The notes: generated by a model from the letters alone, not told the origin. A stretch of DNA of 64,000 bases from Gammaproteobacteria bacterium (GCA_965223825.1 OZ245018.1:1097032-1161031), one strand, 5' to 3'. Positions 51,363 through 61,899 are shown, numbered from the stretch's first letter. A program made the numbers and translations.

Positions 51363-53072
51363 ATGGATCAGGTCATTTGGATAATTATCCGACGCATGCG
51401 ACCACCTTTCTTGGTGTTGATCGCAATCTACAGTATTGCTGTTATTGGCATGGTGATGGTGCCGGGCATTGAAGTGAATGGCGAAACGACGCGGATGGAT
51501 TTTTTTCACGCGTTGTATTTTGTTAGCTATACCTCGACCACAATCGGCTTTGGGGAATTGCCTCTAGCGTTTTCCCAAGCGCAGCGTATGTGGGCGATGG
51601 TGTGCATGTATTTGAGCGTGATCGCCTGGTTATATTCAATCGGTTCACTATTAAGTCTTTTACAAGAAGCAGCGTTTCGGCAAGCCGTGATCGAAAGACA
51701 GTTCGCACGCAGTATCCGTAAAATTAAAGATCCTTTCTACCTACTTTGTGGCTATGGTGAAGCTGGTGCAGCTTTAGTGAGCGCATTGACACGTTATCAA
51801 ATCCGTTTGGTTGTGATCGACCGCAAACAAGAGCAGATCAATGCATTGAGTTTGCATGATCAGCATTTTCCCGTACATGTGCCAGGATTATGTGCTGATG
51901 CAGGAATCCCCGAGCATCTATTAGAAGCGGGGTTGAAACATCGCCAATGTTCAGGGGTGATAGCCTTGACGGATGAAGATCGTGTGAACCTGAAAATTGC
52001 GATTACGAGTAAATTATTGAATCCGAATTTACAGGTGATCGCGCGCGTTGCCGATCAGGAAGCAAAGGCGAATGTTGCTTCATTTGGAACGGAACATATC
52101 GTTGATGCGTTTGAAGTGTTTGGGAAAGTCATGGCGTTGGCATTGGGATCACCAAATCATTATTTATTAAGTAGCTGGTTAACGGGGATTGCAGGTGATC
52201 CATACAGCCGTCCTGCTATGCCACCACGTGGCAAATGGATTGTTTGTGGTTATGGTCGTTTCGGGCATTATTTACTCGAGAAGCTGGAAGCTGAAGGCAT
52301 GCCGACAGTGGTTATCGAACCAAGTGATGAGGTTGAGCCACCACCACAGGGAATGGTGATCGGGCGTGGTACTGAAGCGGATACGTTAATTGAGGCTGGC
52401 ATCCGCGATGCGGTTGGGATTATTGCGGGCACTGATAATGATTCGAACAATCTTTCTATCATCATGACTGCGCGTGAACTTAATCCCGGATTGTTCACGG
52501 TCGCTCGTCAGAATTTGCAATCCAATAACGTGATATTTGATGCGCTCGAAGCAAGTATCGTGATGAACCCGGGTAAGGTTCTGGCTGATCGCATTAAAGA
52601 TATACTGACCCTTCCGCGTTTGAGCGAATTTCTTCATTTATTGGGCATGAATTCGAATCATGCTGTGCGTGAAGTTTTTCGGCAACTAGACGAGCGGATT
52701 GGCTCGCAATTTGTGCCTGAATTATGGGTGCTTAAGGTGTCACCGAAAAAATCACCCGCGGTGATCGATTTGCTTTCGGCTGGAGAAGGGGTTCGACTAT
52801 CCCACTTGCTACAAGCGCCTGAGAGCCAGGAAACTCTTCCTAGTAAAGCGCTCATGCTAATTCGCGGGGAGGAGAGAGTCCTCATGCCGGAGGATGACAC
52901 CTACATAAAAAGTGATGATCGAATACTTTTTTGTGGTCATACAAAGTGTTACAAGCGAATGCTGCTGCTGTGCAAAGATCCGTATATTTTGTACAAAGTG
53001 GTGACTGGTGATGATATTCCGCGTAGTGCAGTGTTGCGCTGGGCAACTCGTAAACAACTATCAACCAGCTGA
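51363..53072 (+). CDS. two-TM potassium channel with tandem RCK (TrkA-N) domains
   Basis: The pore region is FFHALYFVSYTSTTIGFGE, a K+ selectivity-filter-like T-x-G-F-G between two TM helices. Two Rossmann GxGxxG motifs are present (LLCGYGEAGAALVSAL, IVCGYGRFGHYLLEKL). Length is 569 aa. Confidence 0.75.
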   Translation: MDQVIWIIIRRMRPPFLVLIAIYSIAVIGMVMVPGIEVNGETTRMDFFHALYFVSYTSTTIGFGELPLAFSQAQRMWAMVCMYLSVIAWLYSIGSLLSLLQEAAFRQAVIERQFARSIRKIKDPFYLLCGYGEAGAALVSALTRYQIRLVVIDRKQEQINALSLHDQHFPVHVPGLCADAGIPEHLLEAGLKHRQCSGVIALTDEDRVNLKIAITSKLLNPNLQVIARVADQEAKANVASFGTEHIVDAFEVFGKVMALALGSPNHYLLSSWLTGIAGDPYSRPAMPPRGKWIVCGYGRFGHYLLEKLEAEGMPTVVIEPSDEVEPPPQGMVIGRGTEADTLIEAGIRDAVGIIAGTDNDSNNLSIIMTARELNPGLFTVARQNLQSNNVIFDALEASIVMNPGKVLADRIKDILTLPRLSEFLHLLGMNSNHAVREVFRQLDERIGSQFVPELWVLKVSPKKSPAVIDLLSAGEGVRLSHLLQAPESQETLPSKALMLIRGEERVLMPEDDTYIKSDDRILFCGHTKCYKRMLLLCKDPYILYKVVTGDDIPRSAVLRWATRKQLSTS

Positions 53073-53137
53073 GACTTTCGATTGTCAAATAATTGACAGT
53101 GCCTATAATGAGACTTCGTTCACAGTTGCGAAGTGTC

Positions 53138-54916
53138 ATGAAAAGGAAGATCTGGCTCATATCAATATTACTGCTGCTCACCAGTCCTGCGGTCATTGCG
53201 GATGTTTTGTGGGGAGCGCACATGCTCAATGTTACGAAAAGTTTGCCGGACGGTCGACATCGTCTCGAACTTGCGTCAGAACTTGGCTTGAGTGTGGTAC
53301 GGCTCGGTGTGAGTTGGGCTAATATGGAGCCCGAAAAAGGTATTCATCAAGACTATTATTGGAACACGCTACAGTCAATCCTTGACCGTGCAGAATCGTT
53401 AGATATCCAAGTCATTCTCGTTGTTGCGGAAACCCCTTGCTGGGCATCTTCCGATCCGGCAAAGCGCTGCGGTGATGGCACCCAAGCACCCAGTTATATC
53501 AATGCCTATCCACCAGTGAACACTCAAGACTACGCGAACATAATGCGTGATCTGGTAAAGCGTTTTGGACGCCAGACAATGGCGTGGGAGATCTGGAACG
53601 AGCCGAACATTGGGCATTTCTGGCGTGGCCATCTACAGCGACGTTTTATCGGTTTTTGGCCTGAAGCCGAAATCGGGGATGCATTTCTTTCTGAGCCGCA
53701 AGCTGCACTCGCCTACACGAAACTCCTTAAACAAGCGTATGCCGCGATCAAAGATGTGGATAAAAATGCCATCGTGCTCGGTGGATCACTGGCATCGATG
53801 GATACGTATTATCTGAATGCCATGTACCAAGCGGGAGCGAAAGGATCATTCGACGGCTTATCCATCCATCCCTACAGTGGATTGAGGCCGGATGGTTTAG
53901 TGGATTGGATTAATCAGTGTTCTGAACCACCTTGGTGCTTTGATGAGGGGGTCGCTAAAGTTCGTGATTTGATGGTGAACGTATATCAAGACGATAAACC
54001 ATTGTGGTTTACGGAGTTTGGTATGACCACCTATTCTGGACGGGGGGGGATTTCAGAACAAAGACAGGCCGAATATCTTACGCAAGTGTCAAAACGGATA
54101 AGTAACTGGGACTTTGTCAAAGTGGCTATTTGGTTCAATTTAGTGAGCACTGGCGAGAATAATTCGGAAGGCCATTTTGGTTTGTTTAGCCCGACGCTAC
54201 AAAGGAAACCTGCAGCCAATATCATGGCATCGTTAACTCGAGCACAAGTCGTTCCAAGTATCCCAGTTCCGGGCTATCCCAATATCACTTTGAATAATCA
54301 ACGTCCACGTTTTTATTGGGATGCGGTTGCATCAGCAACAAGTTATTTTGTTTGGGTGAATGAGTACGGCGTCCCTTCGAGTGGTAGTGATGATAATCCT
54401 GGTGTGATTAGACGCACACTTTCATCAACCCAGGCACAATGCAGCTCTGGTGGTGTTTGCAGCTTTGCGCCCGCGTTTGATCTTGCGTACGGCGGCGGGC
54501 AATGGTGGGTGACGGTGAACCGCGCTGTCGGCACTCAGCAAGTGAGCGCAGGAACGAGATTTACAATTAATAGTAACGGAAACCATGATTCTGATGGGGA
54601 TGGAATTATTAACGCGCAAGATAATTGTATCTATCATACCAACACGTCGCAGTTAGATAGTGATTTTGATGGATATGGGAATCAATGCGACGGGGATTTC
54701 AATAATGACGGTTGGATTGATCACGCTGACGAAGATTTCATGAGAACTCGTCTTGGTAGTGCCGATATCACCACTGATTTAAATCTTGATGGGTGGGTGA
54801 ATTTTGATGATCAAGTGATCTTAAATAGTATGCTCAATACAACACCGGGATTTTCTTGCTGCGCAGGTGACACACCTGAAGGTGTTTGGATCGGTAAAAC
54901 CTACGGTAGCAATTGA
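53138..54916 (+). CDS. secreted glycoside hydrolase (clan GH-A / GH5-like cellulase family) with C-terminal thrombospondin type-3 Ca-binding repeats
   Basis: The start is chosen at the Met giving a signal peptide (MKRKIWLISILLLLTSPAVIA); the ORF is open from 53093. WEIWNEPN is the GH-A catalytic acid/base motif, and WFTEFGM is a nucleophile-like motif. The C-terminal D-x-D-x-D-G repeats are DSDGDGIINAQDNC and DSDFDGYGNQCDGDFNNDGWIDHAD. Confidence 0.6.
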   Translation: MKRKIWLISILLLLTSPAVIADVLWGAHMLNVTKSLPDGRHRLELASELGLSVVRLGVSWANMEPEKGIHQDYYWNTLQSILDRAESLDIQVILVVAETPCWASSDPAKRCGDGTQAPSYINAYPPVNTQDYANIMRDLVKRFGRQTMAWEIWNEPNIGHFWRGHLQRRFIGFWPEAEIGDAFLSEPQAALAYTKLLKQAYAAIKDVDKNAIVLGGSLASMDTYYLNAMYQAGAKGSFDGLSIHPYSGLRPDGLVDWINQCSEPPWCFDEGVAKVRDLMVNVYQDDKPLWFTEFGMTTYSGRGGISEQRQAEYLTQVSKRISNWDFVKVAIWFNLVSTGENNSEGHFGLFSPTLQRKPAANIMASLTRAQVVPSIPVPGYPNITLNNQRPRFYWDAVASATSYFVWVNEYGVPSSGSDDNPGVIRRTLSSTQAQCSSGGVCSFAPAFDLAYGGGQWWVTVNRAVGTQQVSAGTRFTINSNGNHDSDGDGIINAQDNCIYHTNTSQLDSDFDGYGNQCDGDFNNDGWIDHADEDFMRTRLGSADITTDLNLDGWVNFDDQVILNSMLNTTPGFSCCAGDTPEGVWIGKTYGSN

Positions 54917-55062
54917 AATACGCCTAACCAACAAATCGTAGTAGGAATTCAGTCCCTCATTGAGTAGATGATTTTGAGGGTCTATTCCAGTCGATCAGCT
55001 ATTCCGTTACAATCCACGCCTGTTTAACCGTGTCTAACGACCTTTCCAAAAAACACCTCTGA

Positions 55063-56856
55063 ATGAAGAATATTCGTAATTTCTCAATTATCGCCCATAT
55101 TGATCATGGTAAATCCACCCTGGCTGATCGTTTCATCCAACACTGTGGAGGCCTGAGTGAGCGCGAAATGGCATCGCAAGTGCTCGACTCGATGGATATC
55201 GAGCGTGAGCGTGGTATTACGATCAAGGCTCAAAGCGTCACGCTCAATTACATCGCGCAAGATGGTGAGACGTATGAGTTGAATTTTATCGACACGCCTG
55301 GACATGTGGATTTCACCTATGAAGTGTCGCGATCGCTTGCAGCTTGCGAAGGTGCGCTTTTAGTCGTAGATGCGGCCCAAGGGGTCGAAGCGCAAAGTGT
55401 GGCGAACTGCCATACGGCGGTTGATCAGGGGCTTGAAGTGGTCCCGGTCTTGAATAAGATTGATTTACCGGCTGCTGAACCTGATCGCGTCGCGCAAGAA
55501 ATCGAAGATGTGATCGGCATAGATGCAACGGAAGCACTACATGTCAGCGCAAAATCAGGACTCGGAATAGAAGCACTGTTAGAAATGATCGTTGCGAAAA
55601 TTCCATCACCACAAGGTGATCCGGAGGCGACCTTAAAAGCATTAATCATCGACTCATGGTTTGATAATTATCTTGGTGTGATCTCGTTGGTCAGGGTAGT
55701 CGATGGCGTATTACACAAGAATGCGAAAATTAAGATGATGTCGACAGGTCGGGTTTGGTCGATCGATCGACTCGGTATTTTCACTCCAAAACGTCAGGAC
55801 ATGGATGCGCTTCAAACGGGTGAAGTTGGCTGGGTTGTGGCCGGAATAAAAGAGATTGACGGTGCGCCTGTGGGCGATACGATTACTGATGGGGTGAAGC
55901 CAGCGAATCTTCCATTACCTGGTTTCAAGCAAGTAAAACCGAATGTTTTCGCAGGTTTATATCCGATTGATTCTGGTGATTATGAGGATCTGCGTGAGGC
56001 ATTATCAAAATTACGTCTCAACGATGCGGCATTATTCTACGAGCCAGAAGTATCTGAAGCACTGGGCTTCGGTTTCCGTTGTGGATTTCTCGGCATGTTA
56101 CATATGGAGATCATTCAGGAACGGTTAGAGCGTGAATACGATATGGCGCTGATCACCACGGCACCAACCGTAGTTTACGAAGTCGTCTCCACAGACGGTG
56201 AGATCATCTATATTGATAATCCAGCTAAATTACCTGCGCAAAACACGATCGAGGAGATTCGTGAGCCAATGCTGCAAGTGGATATTCTCGTCCCACAGGA
56301 TTATCTCGGAAATGTCATGACACTTTGTATTGATAAACGTGGGACGCAAACTCGTTTGCAGTACATGGGAAATCAGGTTTCTATTTCCTACGAATTGCCT
56401 ATGAGCGAGATGGTTCTCGACTTTTTTGATCGGTTAAAGTCTGCTACGCGGGGGTATGCATCACTCGATTATCATTTTACGCGCTATAACCCGGCGAAGA
56501 TGGTCAAGCTGGATATAATGATTAATGGTGATAAAGTTGATGCACTTTCAGTAATTGTGCATGCAGAGCATGCACAGCGGCGCGGACGTGATTTGGCTGA
56601 AAAAATGCGTGAGATCATCCCACGTCAGATGTATGAAGTTGCGATCCAAGCCACCATTGGGGCAAAAATTATCGCTCGCGAAACGGTGAAAGCGATGCGC
56701 AAAAACGTCACGGCAAAATGTTATGGTGGCGACATTTCACGTAAACGTAAATTACTTGAGAAACAAAAAGCGGGTAAGAAGAGGATGAAACAGTTCGGTT
56801 CGATCGAAATTCCACAGGAAGCGTTCATGGCCGTACTTTCCAAAGGAAAAAATTGA
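55063..56856 (+). CDS. lepA: elongation factor 4 (LepA)
   Basis: The GTPase motifs are [17 protein letters not shown] and NKID. The LepA-specific C-terminal domain ends [16 protein letters not shown]. Length is 597 aa. Confidence 0.95.
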   Translation: MKNIRNFSIIAHIDHGKSTLADRFIQHCGGLSEREMASQVLDSMDIERERGITIKAQSVTLNYIAQDGETYELNFIDTPGHVDFTYEVSRSLAACEGALLVVDAAQGVEAQSVANCHTAVDQGLEVVPVLNKIDLPAAEPDRVAQEIEDVIGIDATEALHVSAKSGLGIEALLEMIVAKIPSPQGDPEATLKALIIDSWFDNYLGVISLVRVVDGVLHKNAKIKMMSTGRVWSIDRLGIFTPKRQDMDALQTGEVGWVVAGIKEIDGAPVGDTITDGVKPANLPLPGFKQVKPNVFAGLYPIDSGDYEDLREALSKLRLNDAALFYEPEVSEALGFGFRCGFLGMLHMEIIQERLEREYDMALITTAPTVVYEVVSTDGEIIYIDNPAKLPAQNTIEEIREPMLQVDILVPQDYLGNVMTLCIDKRGTQTRLQYMGNQVSISYELPMSEMVLDFFDRLKSATRGYASLDYHFTRYNPAKMVKLDIMINGDKVDALSVIVHAEHAQRRGRDLAEKMREIIPRQMYEVAIQATIGAKIIARETVKAMRKNVTAKCYGGDISRKRKLLEKQKAGKKRMKQFGSIEIPQEAFMAVLSKGKN

Positions 56857-56857
56857 T

Positions 56858-57679
56858 ATGACGATGGATTTTTCGGCATTACTAGTTTTATTGACGTTTG
56901 TGAGTGGATTGATTTGGTTATTTGATACGGTTTTTCTCTTACCCAATCGGAAAGCAAGGTTGAATGCACCGGGTTCTGATATAGACGAAGAGCTGGCTGA
57001 AAACCTGATAAAACCACCAATTTTGGTGGACTATGCGCGTTCTTTTTTCCCTATTTTCTTAGTCGTATTGCTACTTCGTTCTTTTCTTGTTGAGCCTTTC
57101 CGCATTCCGTCAAACTCAATGATGCCAACATTATTGACGGGGGACTTTATTCTCGTTAATAAATTCAATTATGGAATTCGTTTACCAGTTGTAAATAAAA
57201 AAGTATTTGATTTAAGTGATCCAGAACGAGGTGACGTGATGGTTTTTCGTTTTCCAGAAGACGATAAAACCCCTTTTATTAAGCGCGTTGTTGGTATTCC
57301 GGGTGATCGGATTACCTATCAAAATAAAGTCCTGCACGTAAACGGCGTGGAAGTTGTGCAGGAAAAAATAGGAATCTATCAGGGTGTTGGATCCGGTGTG
57401 GGTATGACGGGCGCCACCATTTTAACGGAACATCTTGATCCGATTGTGCATACTATTTTGAATACACCTGATCGTAGTGGAAAAGAAGTCATCGATTTTG
57501 TTGTGCCAGAAGGGGAATATTTTGTCATGGGTGATAATCGTGATAATAGTCTCGATAGCCGTTTCTGGGGTACAGTGCCGGATGAAAACATCATAGGGCG
57601 CGCATTTCGTATATGGATGTATTGGGATAGTGAAAGCAAAGGTATGGACTGGCAACGAATTGGTATGAAGATCAAATAG
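56858..57679 (+). CDS. lepB: signal peptidase I
   Basis: The catalytic Ser region is IPSNSMMPTL, and GDNRDNSLDSRFWG (box E) is present. Length is 273 aa. Confidence 0.9.
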   Translation: MTMDFSALLVLLTFVSGLIWLFDTVFLLPNRKARLNAPGSDIDEELAENLIKPPILVDYARSFFPIFLVVLLLRSFLVEPFRIPSNSMMPTLLTGDFILVNKFNYGIRLPVVNKKVFDLSDPERGDVMVFRFPEDDKTPFIKRVVGIPGDRITYQNKVLHVNGVEVVQEKIGIYQGVGSGVGMTGATILTEHLDPIVHTILNTPDRSGKEVIDFVVPEGEYFVMGDNRDNSLDSRFWGTVPDENIIGRAFRIWMYWDSESKGMDWQRIGMKIK

Positions 57680-57693
57680 TTTCGGGAGGTTAT

Positions 57694-58098
57694 ATGAAGA
57701 TCGGATCACAGAATCAGCGTGGCATTACATTTATTGGATTTTTACTAGTCTGTTCATTGTTGGTCTTTTTTGCGTACATCGGTATGCGTTTGTGGCCGAT
57801 TTATAATGAGAAGATCAAAGTCGATAATGCGTTAGATTCATTGTCACAACGTAGTGATATTGCACAAATGAATACAGCTTCTATTGGAAAGAATCTTCTA
57901 CGTTTTTTTGAAGTGGAAGATGTTGATCAGTTTAGTACCTTATCTGATATGAAGGGTATTTTTAGTGTTACCCGCGTTAAAGGTAAAAACGAAAGGATGA
58001 TGGGCATGACTTATGAAATTCGTCGTCCATTGATCGCCGATTTTGATATTGTTCTTAAATACGATAAAAGCCTGATCATACCTGGTACGGGTGGGTAG
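57694..58098 (+). CDS. small membrane-anchored protein (DUF4845-like) found between lepB and rnc in many gammaproteobacteria
   Basis: It is 134 aa with an N-terminal TM helix (ITFIGFLLVCSLLVFFAYIGM). The family assignment is from memory. Confidence 0.45.
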   Translation: MKIGSQNQRGITFIGFLLVCSLLVFFAYIGMRLWPIYNEKIKVDNALDSLSQRSDIAQMNTASIGKNLLRFFEVEDVDQFSTLSDMKGIFSVTRVKGKNERMMGMTYEIRRPLIADFDIVLKYDKSLIIPGTGG

Positions 58099-58100
58099 TC

Positions 58101-58799
58101 TTGCCAGGAAAGCAAAACCAGATCGAAGAACTCGCGAAGGCGATAGGTTACCAATTTCAAAACCTGGATCTATTGCAAACGGCTCTCCGCCATCGGAGTA
58201 TCGGTACGCCAAACAACGAGCGATTGGAGTTTCTGGGGGACGCAATTCTCGGTGCGGTGATCGCAGAAGCACTTTACAAACAGTTTCCTGAAGCCCACGA
58301 AGGGCAATTAACACGATTACGATCTTCACTCGTTAAGCGCGATACACTCGCAAAGCTTGCACGTGAATATGATTTGGGTCGTTATCTCATACTCGGAGAA
58401 GGTGAGTTGAAATCCGCGGGATGGCGACGTTCCAGCACGCTCGAAAATACGCTTGAAGCTGTTTTCGGCGCTGTCTACTTAGATTCAGGATTTGCACAGT
58501 GCCGAGGTGTTATTCTGAATATATTTACGCAACTGCTTAACTCGTTGACGCTTGACCATGTTGAGAAAGATCCAAAAACGCAACTTCAGGAATACCTGCA
58601 AGCGCAGCAAAAGCCATTACCTGTCTATGAAGTTTTATCGACTTCGGGTAAATCACACGAGCAAACTTTCGTTGTAATTTGTCGTTGCGAGGGATTACCT
58701 TCAGCAGTGCAGGCAGAGGGTTCCAGTCGACGCGGTGCAGAGCAATCCGCCGCGCGACTTGTATTAGAATTTCTAGAGCAGGAGAAAGTGAGTGGGTAA
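58101..58799 (+). CDS. rnc: ribonuclease III
   Basis: A TTG start is used. The RNase III signature is ERLEFLGDAIL, and a dsRBD is present at the C-terminus. Length is 232 aa. Confidence 0.9.
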   Translation: MPGKQNQIEELAKAIGYQFQNLDLLQTALRHRSIGTPNNERLEFLGDAILGAVIAEALYKQFPEAHEGQLTRLRSSLVKRDTLAKLAREYDLGRYLILGEGELKSAGWRRSSTLENTLEAVFGAVYLDSGFAQCRGVILNIFTQLLNSLTLDHVEKDPKTQLQEYLQAQQKPLPVYEVLSTSGKSHEQTFVVICRCEGLPSAVQAEGSSRRGAEQSAARLVLEFLEQEKVSG

Positions 58800-59688
58800 G
58801 GAGCAACGTTGTGGTGCTGTGGCGATTATTGGACGCCCCAATGTTGGTAAATCAACGTATCTTAACCATTCGATCGGCCAAAAAATCAGTATTACGTCGC
58901 GTAAACCGCAAACCACGCGGCATCAAATTCTTGGAATTAAAACCCACGATGCGTCACAAATCGTTTATGTAGACACACCAGGGTTACAAACCAGTCCAGA
59001 TAGCGCGTTGAATCGTGGAATGAATAAATCCGTATTGCGCGCTGCCGCCGATGTCGATTTGTTGCTCTTTATTGTCGAGGCTGGAAAGTGGACGGATGCA
59101 GATAAAAACGTTCTGTTACTCGTCAAGCAAAGCAATGTGCCATGCATCTTGGTTATTAACAAAATTGATAAACTCCCTGATCGCGAAACACTATTACCGT
59201 ATATCCAGCAACTGACAGGCGAGCATGAGTTCACTGAAATCATTCCTGCGATTGCACGCACGGGGGAGAATGTATCCGTGGTTGAGGAAGCGATTTTAAA
59301 ACGACTGCCTGCAGGAGATCATTGGTTTCCAGATGATCAAGTGACGGATCGAAGTGTGCGTTTTCTTGCGGCAGAACTGATCAGGGAAAAACTGTTTCGG
59401 CGACTTGGTGATGAATTACCGTATCGATTAACCGTGACGATTGACCAATTCAAGGAAGAAGAGGGGTTGGCGCATATTATGGCGACGATCTGGGTTGAGC
59501 GTGCAGGGCAAAAGCGCATTGTGATCGGTAAAAAAGGTGCGATTTTAAAGTCGGTTGGAGAACAAGCCCGGGCTGATCTGGAAACAATGTTAGAGCAAAA
59601 AGTCTTTCTAGAAACATGGGTGAAAGTTCGCGAAAAATGGTCGGATGATGTTCGAGCATTGACGCAATTTGGTCTGGGATCGGAGTGA
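58792..59688 (+). CDS. era: GTPase Era
   Basis: A GTG start overlaps rnc. Motifs present are GRPNVGKST, DTPG and NKID, and a C-terminal KH domain (VIGKKGAILK) follows. Confidence 0.9.
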   Translation: MGKEQRCGAVAIIGRPNVGKSTYLNHSIGQKISITSRKPQTTRHQILGIKTHDASQIVYVDTPGLQTSPDSALNRGMNKSVLRAAADVDLLLFIVEAGKWTDADKNVLLLVKQSNVPCILVINKIDKLPDRETLLPYIQQLTGEHEFTEIIPAIARTGENVSVVEEAILKRLPAGDHWFPDDQVTDRSVRFLAAELIREKLFRRLGDELPYRLTVTIDQFKEEEGLAHIMATIWVERAGQKRIVIGKKGAILKSVGEQARADLETMLEQKVFLETWVKVREKWSDDVRALTQFGLGSE

Positions 59689-59718
59689 TCTGATCAAACT
59701 AAACTGGTTTTCGAGCTG

Positions 59719-60429
59719 ATGCGTGTGGAATTGCACCCCTGTTTTGTTTTACACCAACGCGCTTATCGTGAGACCAGTTTATTGCTTGACGTGTTTTCAC
59801 GCGATCACGGCAGAATAGGACTGGTCGCGAATGGTGTCAGTTCGCGACGATCACAGCGACGCTTACTTTTGCAGGCCTTCAAACCGCTTTTGCTCGCATG
59901 GAGTGGTAAAGGAGAGTTGCAGAATTTAACCGATGTTGAGGCTGATGGTAAGCTGATCGGATTAGAAGGAAATTCATTATTTTGTGGATTTTACATGAAT
60001 GAATTGCTGCTCAGACTCTTACATCGACACGATCCTTGTCCAGAAATTTTCCTGCTTTACCAATCAACATTAATACGACTTTCCGGTGATGGTGATATTG
60101 AGTCAATCCTTCGATTTTTTGAGAAACACTTGTTGAATGCGTTAGGCTACGGTCTAAACTTATTGAAAGATGCGGAAACAGGCGAGAATGTTATAGCAGA
60201 ACAAGAATATACCTATTTAGCTGAACTTGGTCCGGTTAGAGCAATCTCACTCCAACAGAACGACGGCGTCAAAGTACGCGGCCAAACACTACTAGCTTTG
60301 GCATCTGGTCAGACTTTTAATGACGTGCAAACGAGACACGAAGCAAAGATTTTAATGCGGTATTTATTGTCCCCTTTGCTGGGTGACAAACCACTGCATA
60401 GCCGAAAATTTTTTAAAACAATGAAATAA
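59719..60429 (+). CDS. recO: DNA repair protein RecO
   Basis: It is 236 aa with an N-terminal OB-fold region (HPCFVLHQRAYRETSLLLDVFSRDHGRIGLVANG). Its position after era is conserved. Confidence 0.85.
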   Translation: MRVELHPCFVLHQRAYRETSLLLDVFSRDHGRIGLVANGVSSRRSQRRLLLQAFKPLLLAWSGKGELQNLTDVEADGKLIGLEGNSLFCGFYMNELLLRLLHRHDPCPEIFLLYQSTLIRLSGDGDIESILRFFEKHLLNALGYGLNLLKDAETGENVIAEQEYTYLAELGPVRAISLQQNDGVKVRGQTLLALASGQTFNDVQTRHEAKILMRYLLSPLLGDKPLHSRKFFKTMK

Positions 60430-60448
60430 AATTCAAGAGGTTAAGGAA

Positions 60449-61150
60449 ATGATGAAGCGAACGTTAGTATCAAGTTTACTATTCCCACTCATGGTCGGAA
60501 TAAGTGCCTGCTCAGACGATGAAAAAAGTGCTGCCGTCGATGTGAAAGAGCCAGCCACGGCGATAGAAGAAGCTAAGGTTGCTGTTAAGGAGAAGGTTCA
60601 AGAAGTGAAAGACACTGTCTCTGCCGCTGCTGAAAAGGCTGCCGAAGAGACACCTGCTGCTACGACTGATGTTGCTGAGGTTGTTACAACACCAGAAGTT
60701 GTAGAAGAGCCAGTTGAAGAAGTTGTTACACCTGCAAAAAAAGTGGTTGAGGAAGTCGCCGAAGCACCAGCGGCAGCGCCGACAAATCATGAGGTAAAAG
60801 CGGCAGTAACGAAGTTTTCACCGATGGTGTTGTTTATTAACCCTGGAGATACGGTGACGTGGACGAATATGGCAGGTCACGATACGACATCTATTGATGG
60901 CATGATTCCTGAGGGAGCGGAAAAATGGCAATCTAAAATGGGTGAGCAATTTTCACATACTTTCACGGTCGAAGGTGCTTATATCTACAAATGCACACCA
61001 CATGCTTCTTTAGGGATGATTTCAGCGGTTGTGGTCGGCTCGACAACACCAGCAAATCTAGATGCGATCAAAGCGATGCCAGAAAATAAAGGCATGATAG
61101 GCCGTACGATCCGTAAGTTAGATAAAGCGCTAACAGAAAAAAATAAGTAA
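60449..61150 (+). CDS. lipoprotein pseudoazurin (type-1 copper cupredoxin tethered by a long acidic Ala/Glu/Val/Pro-rich linker)
   Basis: It has a lipobox (VGISAC) followed by about 95 aa of low-complexity linker. The cupredoxin domain carries the Cu ligands His (MAGHD), Cys-x-x-His (YKCTPHASLGM) and Met, matching pseudoazurin KCTPHxxMGM. The aggag RBS lies only 19 nt after the recO stop. Confidence 0.7.
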   Translation: MMKRTLVSSLLFPLMVGISACSDDEKSAAVDVKEPATAIEEAKVAVKEKVQEVKDTVSAAAEKAAEETPAATTDVAEVVTTPEVVEEPVEEVVTPAKKVVEEVAEAPAAAPTNHEVKAAVTKFSPMVLFINPGDTVTWTNMAGHDTTSIDGMIPEGAEKWQSKMGEQFSHTFTVEGAYIYKCTPHASLGMISAVVVGSTTPANLDAIKAMPENKGMIGRTIRKLDKALTEKNK

Positions 61151-61232
61151 GCGTGATTGGTTCAGGCTTCATTCATGGCGAGATGTTTAAGCTTGGCACC
61201 AATGGTGAGGTCTAGTCTAGATGTGTACTACC

Positions 61233-61260
61233 TTGACACATTGTTAATCACAGCTAAACT
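61233..61260 (+). promoter_or_regulatory. candidate sigma70-type promoter for the second pseudoazurin gene
   Basis: TTGACA at 61233-61238, a 16 nt spacer, then TAAACT at 61255-61260. It was chosen by eye and is weak evidence. Confidence 0.25.
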
Positions 61261-61403
61261 AGCGCGACCAGAAATTTATGTGAGCGTTGCCGAGCGCATT
61301 ATTAACTTTTTAAAAAATAAGTAAATTTCGGTAGTACTTACGCTGGATGGCCAATGCGGAGCCATTAAATCTGCTTAGAAAAAAAATTTTGTAGGAGAGT
61401 CAA

Positions 61404-61838
61404 ATGAAGAAGAGTTTTATTTTAGGTGCTGCGATGGCTGCGATGTTTACAACGAATGTAAGCGCAGAGGAACATGTAATTAAAGCGGCGGTGACGAAAT
61501 TTGATCCAATGGTTGTTTTTGCACAGCCTGGCGACACGATTATTTTCCAAAACATGGCCGGCCATGATGCAGCAACAATGGACGGCATGATCCCAGAAGG
61601 TGCTGAAAAATGGCAATCAAAAATGGGTGAATTGTTTAGCGTAACGCTAGATAAAGAAGGGCTTTATCTTTACAAATGCACGCCTCACGCATCGTTAGGC
61701 ATGATGGGCGGTATTGTTGTTGGCAATTCTGACAACTTAGATACGCTGAAAGAAGCGGCTAAAACGACAACGGAGCCCAAAGGTATGTTGAATCGTACTA
61801 TCCGTAAAGTAGAACAGGCTATCGATAAGAAGAAATAA
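61404..61838 (+). CDS. periplasmic pseudoazurin (soluble paralogue)
   Basis: It has a signal peptide (MKKSFILGAAMAAMFTTNVSA). Its cupredoxin domain is about 60% identical to the upstream paralogue (NMAGHDAATMDGMIPEGAEKWQSKMGE...YKCTPHASLGMMGGIVVG). Confidence 0.8.
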   Translation: MKKSFILGAAMAAMFTTNVSAEEHVIKAAVTKFDPMVVFAQPGDTIIFQNMAGHDAATMDGMIPEGAEKWQSKMGELFSVTLDKEGLYLYKCTPHASLGMMGGIVVGNSDNLDTLKEAAKTTTEPKGMLNRTIRKVEQAIDKKK

Positions 61839-61865
61839 GGCATTGCTTATTTCGTAACGATACTA

Positions 61866-61899
61866 AGGCAGTATTAGGAAACTGATACTGCCTTTTTTT
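61866..61899 (+). terminator. rho-independent terminator
   Basis: The stem aggcagtat / atactgcct is followed directly by TTTTTTT. Confidence 0.6.

Noticed and set aside
54916-55063. Possible hairpin (ccctca ... tgaggg) between the glycanase gene and lepA
   Set aside because: The stem is short and AT-interrupted with no U-tract, and I could not convince myself it is a terminator or a regulatory RNA.
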